DNA of 63,971 nucleotides, filler included, from Octopus bimaculoides (taxonomy: Eukaryota), in the NCBI RefSeq assembly GCF_001194135.2. It is 6 parts of 5 records of this genome, joined end to end, with 100 filler letters (N's around TTAATTAATTAA, not from the genome) between each part and the next. Parts side by side here need not be neighbours in the genome. Positions count along the whole stretch, not along the records: positions 1 to 20,203 come from NC_068982.1; positions 20,304 to 47,209 come from NC_068986.1; 4 more parts are not named here. The stretch is one strand, 5' to 3'. Below, in pieces: positions 12,701 through 25,760 of the stretch. The notes under the pieces are model-generated. The model was not told the origin of the DNA and searched no databases. It saw only the letters and a program-made list of their open reading frames with translations. Every line of letters starts with the position of its first letter. Within the stretch, counting starts at the first letter, position 1. Both the position numbers and the translations under genes were made by a program.

Positions 12701-14293
12701 CCCTCAACTGAAGATAAGTACCAGTGGTACCTGAAGGTTAAGCCTACGATGGATTTGTACGCTGAAAGGGATGGGTAGTGTTGTACTCTCAGATTACACT
12801 TCTTAAAAATCTGGATAAATTCTGGCCTCATGAACCTGCAGGTTTGAGGTAAAAAAAAATACAAAAATACGCACCTATGTTTAATTTGTGAAAAGTGATG
12901 CAGAGCGATCTTTACTATGTAAGATAAATGCGGTGAGTTTCTATATAAGTCGTTTCGTACCATGAGAAACACCAAGTATTAGAAGCCACTTGGATAAGAT
13001 AGACTTTCAGCTGCAGACGCTGCAGCCTATAAATGTCGACTTAAAAAATAGCCGTCACGATGTTGTCTGGAGAGGCCAGAAACTGAAGAATTCAATAAAG
13101 TAAATCAAACTAGCGTTCGGTTTCAGGAATCGTCCATACATTTAATTTTCCTTTGAAACTAACATATAATATTCGTGACTAAGAAATCTGGAAAATATAT
13201 ATTCCGAGTGAGTGATGCAGAATGGAAAGAGTTTTCCATTACAAATTGAAAGAAAGAAAAAAAGAAAAACACTTGGGAAGTTGTTCAGCTGAGGAAAACA
13301 ATACACCCAATAGTGAGATGTGAATAAATAGAATTAACGTTCTGGTAAAGAGGATCGTTGATATATTTTCCATTTAAGGTTACAAAAAGACATTCATGAG
13401 CTGGTTAGTTTATGCAGACATTTATGACCTAAAAGTATAATGCTCAAGGGAAAACATCGACAACTGACACAATTTTCCGTAAACTAGCACCAGCCATGTT
13501 ACACATTTGATTGACAAGGAACTAAGCAGGAAACAGATCGCATGAAGTCATACAATCAAAATGACACGAATGAAATGTTTCGAGGATGGAGTGTTATCCT
13601 GGAAAAAAAAAAAAGTAACAACTGTCAGAACCATATTAAGATTTTGTATAACCCGGGAACACAGTAATATTTAAGAAGTTGAAAGATAATCACATTTTTT
13701 TATATGGCTAACAACGATGAAAATTCAAACAACTGGTTTACTAAATTTCTTGGTAACAATTTCCGCCCTATCATCTGTGGAACCCTTGTAGACCATCAAA
13801 TATCTTGATACTGTTTTACTACTAATGTAGTTTTACTTTCACTTTCAGCTTCAATGTACTGAAGGTTTACTGACCAACACTGAGTTAACACAGGCACAAA
13901 ATTATAAAAACTTTGTTATGCGACCAGAAAATGAAATTCTCCAATGCATATTTTCACAGTATATTCATTTACTAAATTTAGGGAGTGTGTAGCATACGGA
14001 CTATAATGTGCTAAATGATCGACATTCAAAATGTTCTTAAAGTTCTGTGGAGGATCTTGACAATTCTAATTTATTCAAAGAATTTCAAGACAAAGCTAGC
14101 TTGTGCTCCTTCTGTGTGATTTGCAATGGAAATGACAGTAAAAAAAAAAGAAAAAAAAAAGTTTACCGACCTTATTCTCTGATGTTTCAACACAGCGAAA
14201 ATCTGCAGTCAGTTGTTCAGTTGGAAATATGTCTGGTACTGAACTCTTCCTTGACTTTTTTCTAAGTGTTTTTCAGTTTCATTATACTCACTA

Positions 14294-14510
14294 AGGCAGC
14301 GAACTAGCTGAATCGTCAGCACGCTGGGCTAGATGCTTAGCGGTATTTCGTCAGTCTTTACACTGAGGTCAAATACAGCCGAGGTCGACTTTGTTTTTCA
14401 TTCTTTCGGAGTCGATGAAATAGGTACCAGTTGAGTATTGGAGTCGATGTAATCGACTTTCCCCACTCCCCTGAAATTGCTGGTCTTGTGCCAAGATTTG
14501 AAACCAACAT
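14294..14510 (+). mobile_element. SINE family A, full length, candidate 10-bp TSD
   Basis: Head through tail ttgtgccaagatttgaaaccaa; tatactcact at 14283-14292 and 14514-14523. Confidence 0.85.
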
Positions 14511-15794
14511 CAATATACTCACTTCAAACTGCCTTTGATGAAAACACCAGTGTTATAACTATATAAATGTTATACACACTTGGAACGGCACTAACAGTAA
14601 TATTGTTTCAGAGAAAATTTCTCAAAGAGACTTGTTAGTTAAAAACACAAGTCTTAGTTCAGAACACCGTCGGCCACTAGACGTGATATTTCGACTTGAC
14701 TTGGTCTCTTGATACCTATAATCTCTTTGATTTTCTCATATACTGTTGAAGATAAATAAAGAACATTTCCTCGCCCTTGATTAACTGTATTTTGCTGGAT
14801 AAAAACTAACCAGAATGTAATTCTAATCGATAGCCTCTAAAATGTACGGTGCTCCGTTTTTTCTGTTGAATATTTACTACAAATCTATCGAGCACACTCA
14901 CTAAACCCTTTTATACACGCTATTTTCCAGCATACAAATCAAATTTTTCAGACCGTAATTTAGACACAAAAGGTAGGTTAGCTTATACATCAAGACAACA
15001 TTGGAGGATAAAAATTTCTATGGAAAGATAGTGATAATGTTTGAATGTCTCCACATGTTTACACTTTACACTACGTGAATTTGTATTCCGGAAAAGACAG
15101 TAAATAATTTGGAGCATACACTATTTTATTCAGTATTTAAAAATGAAATAACTTTACTTTTAATCTCCGGAAACTACTGACTGCAGTCCCCAAAACTCAA
15201 AATTTTAATCGTGTGTGGTAATCAAAAAGATAGCCATTTGCATGTACACACATATACTACTAAAAATGTATGAGTACATGTAGGCACCAACACATGTGTG
15301 AATATGCCCTTATTAGTAGACTACAGATTTCTGTGTTCTCATGCTGGTGGAGGATATTAAAGTAACACGCATCATTTTGTGATTCAACATCTTGGACTTC
15401 AAAACGACGAACTCTCTCTCTCTCTCTCTTTCTCGCACTCTCAATCTTTCTTTCTGTATATTTAGATAGCTAACTAGTTGTCTCTTTGTCTGTTTGTCTG
15501 TTGTTTATCTAATTATCTGTGTTTCACCTATCTCCATTGGCGTTAGTTGTTTTTCTGTCTGTCTGTCTTTCACCTATCGGTGTCTCCCTTATACTTTATA
15601 AACAACCTCTCAAGTACACACGTTCATTATTGTTTTTCTCTTCTCTTTATCGCATCCTCTCTATATTGTTTTGTGTGAGTATTTGTCTTTCGTTATATGT
15701 GTTTGGATATATATGTCGGAACTTACGTGTGTATGCTTGAATGTAAACGCATGTGTTTGTCTTTAATCGGAAATGAACAACTTCACAGACGGAA

Positions 15795-15831
<37 letters not shown>

Positions 15832-15934
15832 GAGAGAGAATATAGATAAAATACTTTGCATATGCAAACTTATAAACAACAAAATAAAACATGGAAGAGA
15901 CCTATTTGACGAAAAGCTATGTGCTATAAGAGAC

Positions 15935-15937
<3 letters not shown>

Positions 15938-16030
<93 letters not shown>
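15938..16030. repeat. (AG)n microsatellite
   Basis: About 45 pure AG units. Confidence 0.95.
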
Positions 16031-16033
<3 letters not shown>

Positions 16034-16581
16034 CAAAAGCATTGGAAAAGGAAAAATATAGCTAGAAGAGATTAATAGGTAGTTAAGTTGATAGAGCGAT
16101 AGATGAGTAATTACAGAGATAGCTAGCTATCTAGATAGATAGATGGAAAACTAGGTAGATAGACAGTGTTGGGGAATGTGAAATAACGAAGGGTAAAAGT
16201 GATTACAATGTAATAGTCAAGTGTCAGTAAAATAATACTAGAAAAAAGAAAATAAATAAAAAGAAAGAAAAGAGGTGGGGTGGGTGGTAAAACGTGAAAT
16301 AGAAAGGTCACATCATTGAACAACATAGACAAATCTTTTAATTACATAAAATAGCTACAGTTAATTTTGACATTTCACTTTGGTTTCTTCAGGAAACAGA
16401 AGCTATGTTAGATTTTTTTTCTATAGGACATGAATTGTCACTGTTAATGACATTTTAGATATACAGGTCGAATACCAAAACTAAACCTTTAATCCATATA
16501 ACGATTTTATTACATTTTAATTGAAGTGTCATTACTAGGAATATTTCTACTAGAAAAATTTTAATTTATTTTGTTGTATCT

Positions 16582-16956
16582 CGGAAGAATAATAAACACA
16601 CGCACTGGTTCTATTTCGCTTGTTTATTATTTATTATTTATTGATTAAATATTTAACCAATTAACAAATCGATTGTTTGATTAATCGTTTGGTCAATCAA
16701 TCAATCAATCAATCAATCAGCTAGGTTTGGGCAGACAAACTTGAAGCAGACCTGAAGCAGACCTGAAGAAGAGAGGACTAAGTTATCGATGAGGTCGCGA
16801 ATGGCAACGAAAGGACTGTGAGAAACCCAGATTATTGATTGATTGACCGAACGATTAATTAAACATTCGATTAGTTGATTGATTAAATTGTTAACCAATT
16901 AACAAATAAAAAATAAAGCAGTTAAATAGAACCAGTGCATGTGTTTATTATTGCCG
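16582..16956. mobile_element. Foldback/MITE with ~125-bp imperfect inverted arms
   Basis: aataataaacacacgcactggttctattt...ttaatcgtttggtcaatcaatc matches the reverse complement of gattgattgaccgaacgattaa...aaatagaaccagtgcatgtgtttattatt; ~110-bp unique core. Confidence 0.75.
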
Positions 16957-17339
16957 TAATGACCATTTGAAAACACAATAAAATATGTTTCAACAAACGA
17001 GGTCATATTAAGAATCTTGCAAACAAAATACAAAAACAAAATTTAGATTTATACGCTTTTTCATACATGGCCATTATTCTAGCAACGATTTCATTTACAA
17101 CATTCACAGATTTATACAAACTGTTATTTGCTTTTGCCGCGTAGACTTAATTATCTCTACCTAACTTCGCTCGTCATCTCAAGTAATCTTCCTGTATTCT
17201 ACAATATAATGTTTGAAATGAAAATATGTGTATGCGCACGCAGTATTGATAATACGTTAGATTCGAAAATTTAGACTTGTATTTCTTTCGCAGGTTGTTT
17301 TCTCTATTTTTCTAAAAATTAATCACTTTGACTATCAAC

Positions 17340-17388
17340 TTTCCGTCTTTTTATTTCCGTCTTTTTATTTCCGTCTTTTTATTTCCGT
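17340..17388. repeat. 14-bp tandem repeat (tttccgtcttttta) x3.5
   Basis: Three exact units plus a partial unit. Confidence 0.85.
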
Positions 17389-17847
17389 TCCATCCTAAAC
17401 ATCTCACAATATTGAAATTGAAGATATTCTGAACCACTACTAGAATACATTGTCTCTCTCAAAAAGTTATTTTTCTGTTAATTATCTTATTGTTGTTGTT
17501 GTTGTGAACGTAAGTGGTCCCAGCCTAATAAGTTGAATCAATATCATATAAAGAAGTAGCTGATTGAACTTCACAATCAATCACTGTTTCTTTTTCTTTT
17601 TCTAGATATGACCGTTTTCCCTTGATTGACAATTAAGCATATACTTACCCAACCTCAGAGTTATATATGTGTATTTCTTGAGGGAGATTTAATAGCAATA
17701 TTTGAATATTCTTGTTAACTATAGCCAATCATAACTATAGCCGTCACTTGTAAGCGAGTATGACTTGGGAGCAGGTATCTATAATCTTTACTCTTTAACT
17801 TGACAATGTGAGTAAAACATTAAAATAATGTAAGTCCGAGTACAAAT

Positions 17848-18022
17848 CAGCGACCTAGTTAGAGTGTGTGCCACCAGGGGCAACCCTTTTACTCCCACCA
17901 CACACATACGCACACCGAGCCCCTAACCCTAAACAGGCTTATACAACCGACCCAAAATTGTGCTCCCTTTAAAAGCGTCGCCTCAAGCGGACTGCCTCTT
18001 TCCCCACCTAGTTGCGGTACTG
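17848..18022. mobile_element. hAT-like MITE with 8-bp TSD
   Basis: Ends CAG...CTG with degenerate TIRs (cagcgacctagtt / ctagttgcggtactg); flanks gtacaaat (17840-17847) and gtacaaag (18023-18030). Confidence 0.55.
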
Positions 18023-18581
18023 GTACAAAGACGATGAAGATATCTTAATCCTTTAACTGTTTTACCATTTCAAAAGTATATAAATTCGTTTGTTTCGGAC
18101 ATATTAGCTTTATAGCTATTCATGTATTGATATAACTTACTGGTTGAGTACTTCTACTACATTTGAAACCTAATTAAAAATTACCTTAAATTATACAGAC
18201 AATTATTGTGCAATTAACTTTACAGAATCCCCCAAATTCAATTGTAATTACTCTATAAGCAGTCTTTTGCAGAGAAATCTTATACATTTATTGTTCGCTT
18301 CACATCTAATCCTACATCATACACATGAAGCAAAATTCAACTAAAACTTTCCTTCTTCCTTCCACCAGCCTCTCACCGCCATATATCCATATACGCCAGA
18401 TGTAATAATTCTTCTTGTCAAGAGTAAATGTAGATGTTTCTAAATTACCTCTCGGTCTGTTTTGAAAAAGTAGCGACATCTCTCTCAAATTAACTTAGTT
18501 CTAAATATCCACAAAAGACAGTTATGTCACGACTGATTCGTCTTGAGCATAGTTCTGTTTGATCAGGGCTACTCTGGGTTT

Positions 18582-18718
18582 GAAGAATCTGAAGAAGAAG
18601 AATCTGAAGAAGAAGAATCTGAAGAAGAAGAAGAAGAAGAAGAAGAAGAAGAAGAAGAAGAAGAAGAAGAAGAAGAAGAAGAAGAAGAAGAAGAAGAAGA
18701 AGAAGAAGAAGAAGAAGA
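18582..18718. repeat. (GAA)n microsatellite with GAATCT variant units at its start
   Basis: Read directly; runs into an N gap. Confidence 0.95.
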
Positions 18719-19659
18719 NNNNNNNNNNNNNNNNNNNNNNNNNNNNNNNNNNNNNNNNNNNNNNNNNNNNNNNNNNNNNNNNNNNNNNNNNNNNNNNNNN
18801 NNNNNNNNNNNNNNNNNNNNNNNNNNNNNNNNNNNNNNNNNNNNNNNNNNNNNNNNNNNNNNNNNNNNNNNNNNNNNNNNNNNNNNNNNNNNNNNNNNNN
18901 NNNNNNNNNNNNNNNNNNNNNNNNNNNNNNNNNNNNNNNNNNNNNNNNNNNNNNNNNNNNNNNNNNNNNNNNNNNNNNNNNNNNNNNNNNNNNNNNNNNN
19001 NNNNNNNNNNNNNNNNNNNNNNNNNNNNNNNNNNNNNNNNNNNNNNNNNNNNNNNNNNNNNNNNNNNNNNNNNNNNNNNNNNNNNNNNNNNNNNNNNNNN
19101 NNNNNNNNNNNNNNNNNNNNNNNNNNNNNNNNNNNNNNNNNNNNNNNNNNNNNNNNNNNNNNNNNNNNNNNNNNNNNNNNNNNNNNNNNNNNNNNNNNNN
19201 NNNNNNNNNNNNNNNNNNNNNNNNNNNNNNNNNNNNNNNNNNNNNNNNNNNNNNNNNNNNNNNNNNNNNNNTCCCTCCCTCCCTCCCTTCCTTTCCCTCC
19301 ATTCCTCCCATCCCTCTCTCTCCTCCTCTTTCTCCCCTCTCTCCCCCTCTCTTTCTCTTGTTCCTAATCAATCAACTCTAATCCTTTCCTAAGTTCGTTT
19401 AGGTTTCCTACACTCTTCCTCCTGTATATAAACTGATCTTCTCGTTGTTACCTATACGTTTGTTTCTCTGTAGATGATGCTATTCTTCACTTTTATCTAA
19501 CCAAATGGTTATCAACTAGGGTCCATATAAGATTTTTGGAGGTCCACACTAGCAAATTAGAGATACACGGTAGTATTTTAAATGTCTATGTAAAGTTTTG
19601 ATTTATATGTATCTATTATATGATAGGCTTCTTTCTCTAGCAGTTTACATACTTCACTC

Positions 19660-19925
19660 GGTGCTACTCTGGCGTGTGATCTACAAGGGGGTTACTTTAG
19701 GTTACTTTTAAATTATTTTGTACATACTTAGCATTATAAATGTATTTTTTTTAAATTCTTACTATTTTAATAATAAGAAAACCATATGATAATTAAAATA
19801 AACGCGTTGATCACCCACCAAAGTAAATTTTCTCACGTAGATCACACAGAAAAACATTACCACAAAGTAAACTAAAAAGTAACCTAAAGTAATCTCCCTT
19901 GTAGATCACACGCCAAAGTAGCATC
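19660..19925. mobile_element. Merlin-like MITE with ~52-bp TIRs and perfect 8-bp TSD
   Basis: TIR ggtgctactctggcgtgtgatctacaagggg...; right end reverse complement gatgctactttggcgtgtgatctacaaggg...; TSD cttcactc at 19652-19659 and 19926-19933. Confidence 0.7.
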
Positions 19926-20053
19926 CTTCACTCTATACAAGTGAATGCGTGAATAAAAAATAGAAATATTGATGCATGGTAGGTGCACACAAATTTCAGC
20001 AGGAAGAAACGTTCTTAGTGCGTAAAAACATGTAATATTTACAGAAAATTTAA

Positions 20054-20203
20054 GGCGGCGAGCTAGCAGGATCTTCACCGTGCCGGAAAAAATGCTTAGC
20101 GGCATTTCTTCCGACATTACGTTCTGTGCTCAAATTCCCGAGGTCGATCTGCCTTTCATCCTTTCGTGGTCGATAAAATAAGTACCAGTTTATCGACTTG
20201 GAC
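20054..20203 (+). mobile_element. SINE family A, truncated by gap
   Basis: ggcggcgagctagcagg...gctcaaattcccgaggtcgatctgcctttcatcctttcg. Confidence 0.85.
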
Positions 20204-20303
20204 NNNNNNNNNNNNNNNNNNNNNNNNNNNNNNNNNNNNNNNNNNNNTTAATTAATTAANNNNNNNNNNNNNNNNNNNNNNNNNNNNNNNNNNNNNNNNN
20301 NNN

Positions 20304-20335
<32 letters not shown>

Positions 20336-20814
20336 CTTGTATGTATGTATGTATGTATGTATGTATGTATGTATGTATGTATGTATACACATGTGTATAC
20401 ATATACTCAATTCGTGACAATCGAAATGAAATATCGGTAACTGTAAAACAATCAAAACACGAAAAGACTGATCGGTTGAATAGAAGAAAAGATTCGGTGA
20501 TTAGACAATTTTCAAAAGTTTAGTTATTCAGTATTTTCGTATATGATTGGAGACTTACCGACGTAATGTGCTTCTATAAAAGCTGTTAATGCTGTCAAAA
20601 ACAAGAAGCAAAAAGGAAATAGTCGTGTCATAATCATCTGAAATTAGAAATGTAATTTGAAATGATCGAACTTGTAACTGTTTTCTATTTTAAGGAAAAA
20701 GAGGAACAACACAAGTAGATACATGAGTGTGAGAATTTTATGGGTATAGATATGTGTGTGCCTGAGTTTGTGTATGTGTGTGTGTGCGCGTGTGTATATT
20801 AAATTTCTTATTTT

Positions 20815-22157
20815 TTTAAAATTTTTAGCAGTTCCTGTTGTTATTTATAGTTTCAATGTATTGAACTGGAATACGAGCAAAATAAGGAAGATTGACAGGA
20901 AAATCCGTAAGCAACTGACTTGCAATAACATGCACCACCCAAAGGCAGACACACATCTTCTTTACCTACCCAGAGCTCAAGGGGGGGGGGGTGAGGCTTG
21001 ATCCAATTTGGAATCTCCTACAAAACCATCACAATTGGACTGGCAAAATATCTTGAAACATCAAACGACTGGGTGCTAAAGCTCGTTGAAAAACATGAAA
21101 GACGTAAGAAGCTTCATTCTGTTATGAAGGAGAGCAAACAAAAAAATTTCCATGTGAGTTTATGCATAATACCCAGGTTGAACAGCATGAGGGGAGTGCA
21201 GCAAATGTAGTTGCAAAGAAGGTGAAATCAATAGCAACGAAAAATGTGTTTCAACAATTGGGTGACAGGTGGGAATAGAAGCCTCTGCAAGTCAAATATG
21301 TGGCCCGTAGCAAACAAGCTGATGTAGACCGGAAGCATACCCATCAGTGGCTCGGAGCTCAGGGCTAAAGGCAGAGAGTGAAGGCTTTATATTGGCCGCC
21401 CAAGATCAGAGCTTATTGACCGGGAACTATCTGGCCAATGTGATGAAAAATAGTGTAGAGCCAAAGTGCCGATACTGCAACGATGGGATAGAAACAGTGG
21501 ACCACCTACTCTCTGGATGTAAGGTTTTAGCACCTGTAGAGTACAAATCGAGACATGAGGCTGTAACTGAGGGACAAAATGCAACTATTCTTTGGGAATT
21601 CCCAGTATGTACAGCTCTGACAATCAACGCAAATTAACCAGATATTGTTGTGAAAGACAAAAACAATAAAGTCTGTTTATTGATTGACGTGAGCATACTC
21701 TGTGACCATAATATCTCAGCAAAAGAATTTGATAAGCTTATAAAATATAAAGATCTGCTAATTGAAATGGAAGAGATATGGCATCTGAAGCCCAGTGATT
21801 GTAGGAGCACTTGGAATGATCAAAAAAGGAACTGAAAATTATTTAAGAATGATCCCTGGCTTATCATCTGTGCAGGAAGTGCAAAAGATTGTCTTAACCG
21901 ATACGTCACACGTATTGAGAAGAGCATTGTCGCTGTAAATTTTCGTTCCCTTTCCCCTTTATTTTATTTGTCTACTTTCTTATTTTTATTTTTTCCTTTT
22001 TCTTTCTGTCTCCCTTGTTTCTCTATCACATGACTCTGTAAATTAACAATCTGGTGTGTTTATTTTAATGGCCTACCAATGTATACAGTAAGTTTCTCTA
22101 TCCTATGTGTTAGGAAGACACTCGGCAAGAAATGGAGATAGAATTGAAAGAAGATGC
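20815..22157 (+). mobile_element. 5'-truncated, decayed R4/Dong-clade non-LTR retrotransposon (RT thumb, CCHC finger, restriction-like endonuclease, 3' UTR)
   Basis: Frameshifted peptides AVPVVIYSFNVLNW..KIDRKIRKQLT..HHPKAD..LYLPR..GG; FILAAQDQSL..CRYC..ETVDHLLSGC; PDIVVKDK..CLLIDVS..DHNIS.KE.DK..KY.DL; VGALG..QKIVL..SHVLRRALS*; 3' end runs into (TAA)n. Confidence 0.85.
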
Positions 22158-22230
<73 letters not shown>

Positions 22231-22262
22231 TGTTCGATTGGTAGACAGACAGACAGACAGAC

Positions 22263-22326
<64 letters not shown>
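22158..22326. repeat. (TAA)~24 followed by (GACA)n/(GATA)n
   Basis: Read directly. Confidence 0.95.
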
Positions 22327-22327
<1 letters not shown>

Positions 22328-22499
22328 TTCACAGACATATATTCCCATAGAGAAACAGAGAAATTACAATTAGTTTAGATATAGACCTTATATTTTCTGT
22401 TCTTTACCAATGAAATCAAGTCAACACACTGCCAGATAATATTATATTAGACACGTTTCCCATTTTATGTATTATAAGAAAACATTGACGAACAAATTA

Positions 22500-22780
22500 A
22501 GTTGTTAAAATCATATTTAAATTATAATGCAAAACAGTCAAATTTCATACAAACTCCATAACAAAAGACATGTTTAAAAGTTCACTTACGTATACCAAAA
22601 GGAGAAAGCTGCGAAAAATCTTGAAAGAATGAATGCAAAAACAATGCGCATTTATAACTAATGTAACACCTCCAATACTAGTAAACAGCTGGTGACAATA
22701 TGTTTCAGTCTTTATTGTCCCAGAATTGAATGGGATAATAATGACATGCTGTAAAACAGTAGCTGGCAACTAAAATCTTT
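22500..22780 (-). mobile_element. Unclassified interspersed repeat (family U), copy 1
   Basis: Reverse complement of ...ccagctgtttattagtactggaggtgttacattagatataaatatgcatcg... at 26290 and 37210. Confidence 0.65.
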
Positions 22781-24429
22781 TTTATGTCTCATAGAGAAGT
22801 GGAGACACTGATTTCTACTTTTGCACTTGAACTAAATAAATAGGAATATTCGCATTACATGTTAATAACATTGATTCTTTTTGTACTAAACACTTCCTTC
22901 TGTCACATTTCGCTTTGTCTTTTGCTGTTAGTCTTTTATAAGTGACCAAAATTACGCAAGTTATTGTTTTCCTCTAGGAACAAGTTTGCACTTATCCAAA
23001 CAACACAATGGATAATATCCTGGATAGATAGATAGATAGATAGAGAGATAGATAGATAGATAGATAGATACATACATACATACATACATACATACATACA
23101 TACATACATACATACATGTGCAATAATAATTAAGGGCATAGAAGAAATTTCTTTCCGATATACTGAAAGGAGACACTAAATCGTTGAAACACGATTTTCT
23201 ATGCCCTAAATTATAATTGTATTCATGATTTCACCTTAATAGGTCTATATTTTTATATACTGGCCACTGAAAATTTTTTTTACTTTTTCATGGCTATTCT
23301 TAAATCCTTTGATTGCTACGTACGTTTCCACTAATCACATGTGACTGTTGCTGCATTCCCCATGAAAAGAATATTACAAAATATGATTTGCAATATCCAT
23401 AGATTCTAAGGGAAAACATTTATACGTGTTCATTTCCTCGGGCAAAAATTTGCATTACTAATACATCAAACGCTCTGAGATACACCCCTCCTTACAGCGC
23501 ATATACAATGAAATGGAAACAGGACTTGTTCTTCTATGCATGTGCCATCATCATTATCATCAAAATCACACTCATCTGATTTGTTCTTTCCGCATTTATT
23601 ACTGTATCAGTAATTTCAATATCTGTGAGTTGGAGAAGAACTGGAATATAAAAACCATTCTGTTAACCAAATGTCTTTTCGTGGAAAGCCATCAAGCTTC
23701 AGGCATGGCATCTGGAATCAGCTCAACGTGGCTATAGTTGACTGGTTGACAACAGACCGTAGTACTAAGAGAGACACCACAGGTGCTACTTATCTCTGGA
23801 AAAAATTATTTCATCCAATATAACTAGTACTTATCTGCTCTTTATGATTGAATCTATATTACAACTTTTTCTCTAATGATGTTATATGATCCTACGTAGA
23901 ATCTGCTCTAGCCATCATATTTCCAATATTGGATATCGCACTTTGATTGCTAGTTTGTAACGCCCTAGCGTTCTTCTTGTTCATATACACTGTATACAAC
24001 AGGCCCTCTATTATCGTCAGATCACTGATAACTACACAGAACCACTGTATGGATGGAAGCATTTCTTCCTCATTCAGCATACCATAAATAAAATAACAAA
24101 TATATTTTTTAAATGCCTACTACAGAACATAGAATTCAATATCTTGGTCAAATCTCCTTTAATTACATCAATAAAATACAACTTTACAATACATTACCTC
24201 CAACTAATAGACATATCACTATTTATACTCCTCTCTGAGGAGACACAGTTATGGTATCCAGCATATCGTGCCCACATCCCTCCTTCAAGATAGAATCTAT
24301 ATTCCTTTCTCTTTCATAATTATGGTATCTGAACTATGTAATCCGATTTACTCATCATACATCCAGTATTAAATATTGTTTTCCTACTTTACTTATTCGC
24401 CTTTGGCGCACTAGACGTTTTTTCTGTCA

Positions 24430-24690
24430 TGTATATTTGGCTGGAAATTCGCACGGTGTATCAAAGAGCTGATGTTATGATTGCCGCTCAATGCACTGTG
24501 AACACTGTAAACGTTATAAGACGTGACATGAACAGTTGCCACGGAGACTACGAAGCTGTGGCCGGAAGGAAAGGAGAAAAAGGGTGTTCTGACTGTATTG
24601 CACGCCGGGTTTCATCGATACATCTTTGAACAGGGCTTCGAACTCAATTTAGACAGCTATGTGAAGTTGCTGGAGATGTGGTTAAACCCT
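24430..24690 (+). pseudogene. Internally deleted Tc1/mariner-superfamily transposase relic (maT/DD37D-like)
   Basis: Peptides AAQCTVNTV..IRRDMNSCHGDYEA..GRK and IFEQG..LN.D.YVKLLE..(V)KP, resembling the HTH and catalytic-region segments of these transposases; no TIR pair confirmed. Confidence 0.45.
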
Positions 24691-25209
24691 TTGGATGCTC
24701 TTATAAATAAAATATACGCCTCTCATAATCCAGAAAATACGGTATATACTCACTTAAACTTGTGTATTGGACAAACCACGTCGTTTATTTTATAATTTGG
24801 GTGGCTTACATATTTTCGAAATTATATTTTGTCTAGAAAACGTGATATTTGAGCTTCGTTAATCTAAGTAAGCTTTGATGGAACATCCGTTATGCGTGTA
24901 ATTGTCTTTTATTATATTATTCTGTTTGTAATGTGAACGACCAACTGTTTGGTGTGTGTTTCCTTATACTACTTGCGTTAATTTGTCAGGGCTTATAATT
25001 TTGTATAAAAGTTGTAATATATGATCCGTAATTCTATATATTTTTCACATAACAGTTTATTATGATATTTATTATAAACCTGCATATGTTAGCTAATATA
25101 TTTCATCTTATACATTCGTTTCAAGCTTATCAATAACTTAGTCGTTATATTATTCCGAGTATAATAGCAAAGTGTATGTGTATATGATCTGAGGTTTATT
25201 CTGAATTTG

Positions 25210-25760
25210 AGTGTACCCTTGAAGTTTCCTTAATATTGTGACAGATTCTACCAGTCAAAATTTTCTGCACTTTCGTTCCTATCTATTTGAGTCATGTTCG
25301 TATGTGAGGTATTGATATTTCACAGGACACCAGTCACTGTTAGTATCACGCCTACTTTCTTTATTACCCACATGTATATTTTCCGCTTCAATTCATCATA
25401 GCTTTCAATTATTCGACTACTTACTCCTCTTCAATCTTGGTGTCACCAGGACATGCGATGTCAATTATCAGGCAAGTTGTTTTCCTCTTCTGATCACTAC
25501 AACAATGTCAGGCTTTCAATGTTTAACCTAATGTTCACATTAAATCATTGCACCCCACAAAAGTTTGCAGTCATCTTTCTCAGTAACTCATTGTGGGATT
25601 TGGTTGTACGACGTCTTTGATCTTTCTTGGCCATAAATTTCACAAAGCTCTCAATGGATCGTTCTAACCACATTGTCATGTCACCTTTTGTATTCGCGTT
25701 GTGTCAGTTTTGGGTACTCACTAACAGTGTGTCCTATTGTTTAACCCCTCTCAAAACATG
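25210..25760 (-). mobile_element. Decayed R4/Dong-clade LINE fragment (CCHC finger and RLE)
   Basis: Minus-strand peptides with stops: CS.C..G*TIGH.VSE.PKLTQREYKR*HDNV, KLLW, KPDIVV, CLIIDIACPGDTKIEE. Confidence 0.75.

Noticed and set aside
12483-14265. Isolated AG/GT-bounded open segments (~12483, ~13849, ~14047)
   Set aside because: Short, unrecognised peptides of the kind expected by chance in AT-rich DNA.
16784-16822. Hammerhead-like string atcgatgag-gtcgc-gaatg-gcaac-gaaa-ggactg in the foldback core
   Set aside because: Core is UCGAUGA, position 17 would be G and there is no helix I; likely chance.
20204-20303. TTAATTAATTAA flanked by 44 N on each side; also at 47254, 53267, 57308 and 62336
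   Set aside because: Identical 100-bp blocks (44N+12+44N) with stops in all frames: an artificial scaffolding linker, not biology.
23580-24080. Short minus-strand ORFs (..VCCQPVNYSHVELIPDAMPEA*, ..LTIIEGLLYTV..)
   Set aside because: No recognisable family and no consistent exon chain; possibly retroelement debris.
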